The translations under genes were made by a program, and so were the position numbers. Positions 16,931 to 17,241 of a stretch of DNA of 17,241 bases are shown here, piece after piece; positions within the stretch are counted from its first letter, which is position 1; each line of letters starts with the position of its first letter. The notes beneath the pieces are model-generated. The model was not told the origin of the DNA and did no database searches. It worked only from the letters and a program-made list of their open reading frames with translations. This DNA comes from Terrimicrobiaceae bacterium (GTDB taxonomy: Bacteria > Verrucomicrobiota > Verrucomicrobiia > Chthoniobacterales > Terrimicrobiaceae). Location: the NCBI GenBank assembly GCA_044342325.1, contig JBIIPZ010000051.1, positions 1 to 17,241 of the forward strand, given 5' to 3'.

Positions 16931-17241
16931 ATTAGCAAACTTCCATCCAAGGCAAAATGAAAAGAAATGTTGCCTGACCCGGCCGGAACGCCGACGTCCT
17001 CGTCGGCATCGCAACTGATAGCAATGACACTCTGGCAACTCCGCCAAACCCAGTGCGTCAAAATGCGAGGCCAATTCTTGCACTTGATGGATTCAAAGGC
17101 GCGTTAAGCGCCATCAAATATCAATAATTAATGCCTGACCCCTATGGTAGCCCTCCTCGGCAAAAACGGCCTTCGAATGCTTGAGCAAAGCCACGCGCTC
17201 AGGAAGCGTGCGCCATTGGCTTCACCCGCAAGGTCAGACCC

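Larger units (their letters stand above)
15115..17142. mobile_element. Degenerate RAYT-associated end motifs: GGATCAGTCCCGCGTATTGAC (15117-15137) and TCAATAATTAATGCCTGACCCC (17121-17142); related GCCTGACCC at 16972-16980
   Basis: Reverse complement of the right motif (GGGGTCAG-N8-TATTGA) resembles the left motif (AGGATCAG-N7-TATTGA), which lies just upstream of the transposase remnant. Confidence 0.45.

Overview
High-GC bacterial window; gene style suggests Verrucomicrobiota (inference). It opens with the 3' end of a 5S rRNA gene and its terminator. Next come a ThuA-like/Gfo-Idh-MocA glycoside-catabolism pair with a divergent cupin-AraC regulator, and a five-gene minus-strand run: a stand-alone OvoA-C-terminal-like methyltransferase, a TPMT-family methyltransferase, a membrane-anchored TPR protein, a pseudo-receiver/pseudokinase/TM/FGE-sulfatase-fold protein and an exported hypothetical protein. 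These are followed by an intact comM/yifB and a His/Glu-rich outer-membrane barrel behind two TGCAA-N5-TTGC(A/G) boxes. The last ~5.3 kb is a mosaic. An intact AT-rich 803-aa GT-C-like membrane protein gene lies between the N- and C-terminal fragments of a high-GC homologue. It is flanked by a decayed STT3/AglB-like fragment on the left and a decayed RAYT (Y1 HUH) transposase with end-like motifs on the right. All calls come from motif reading, not database searches.
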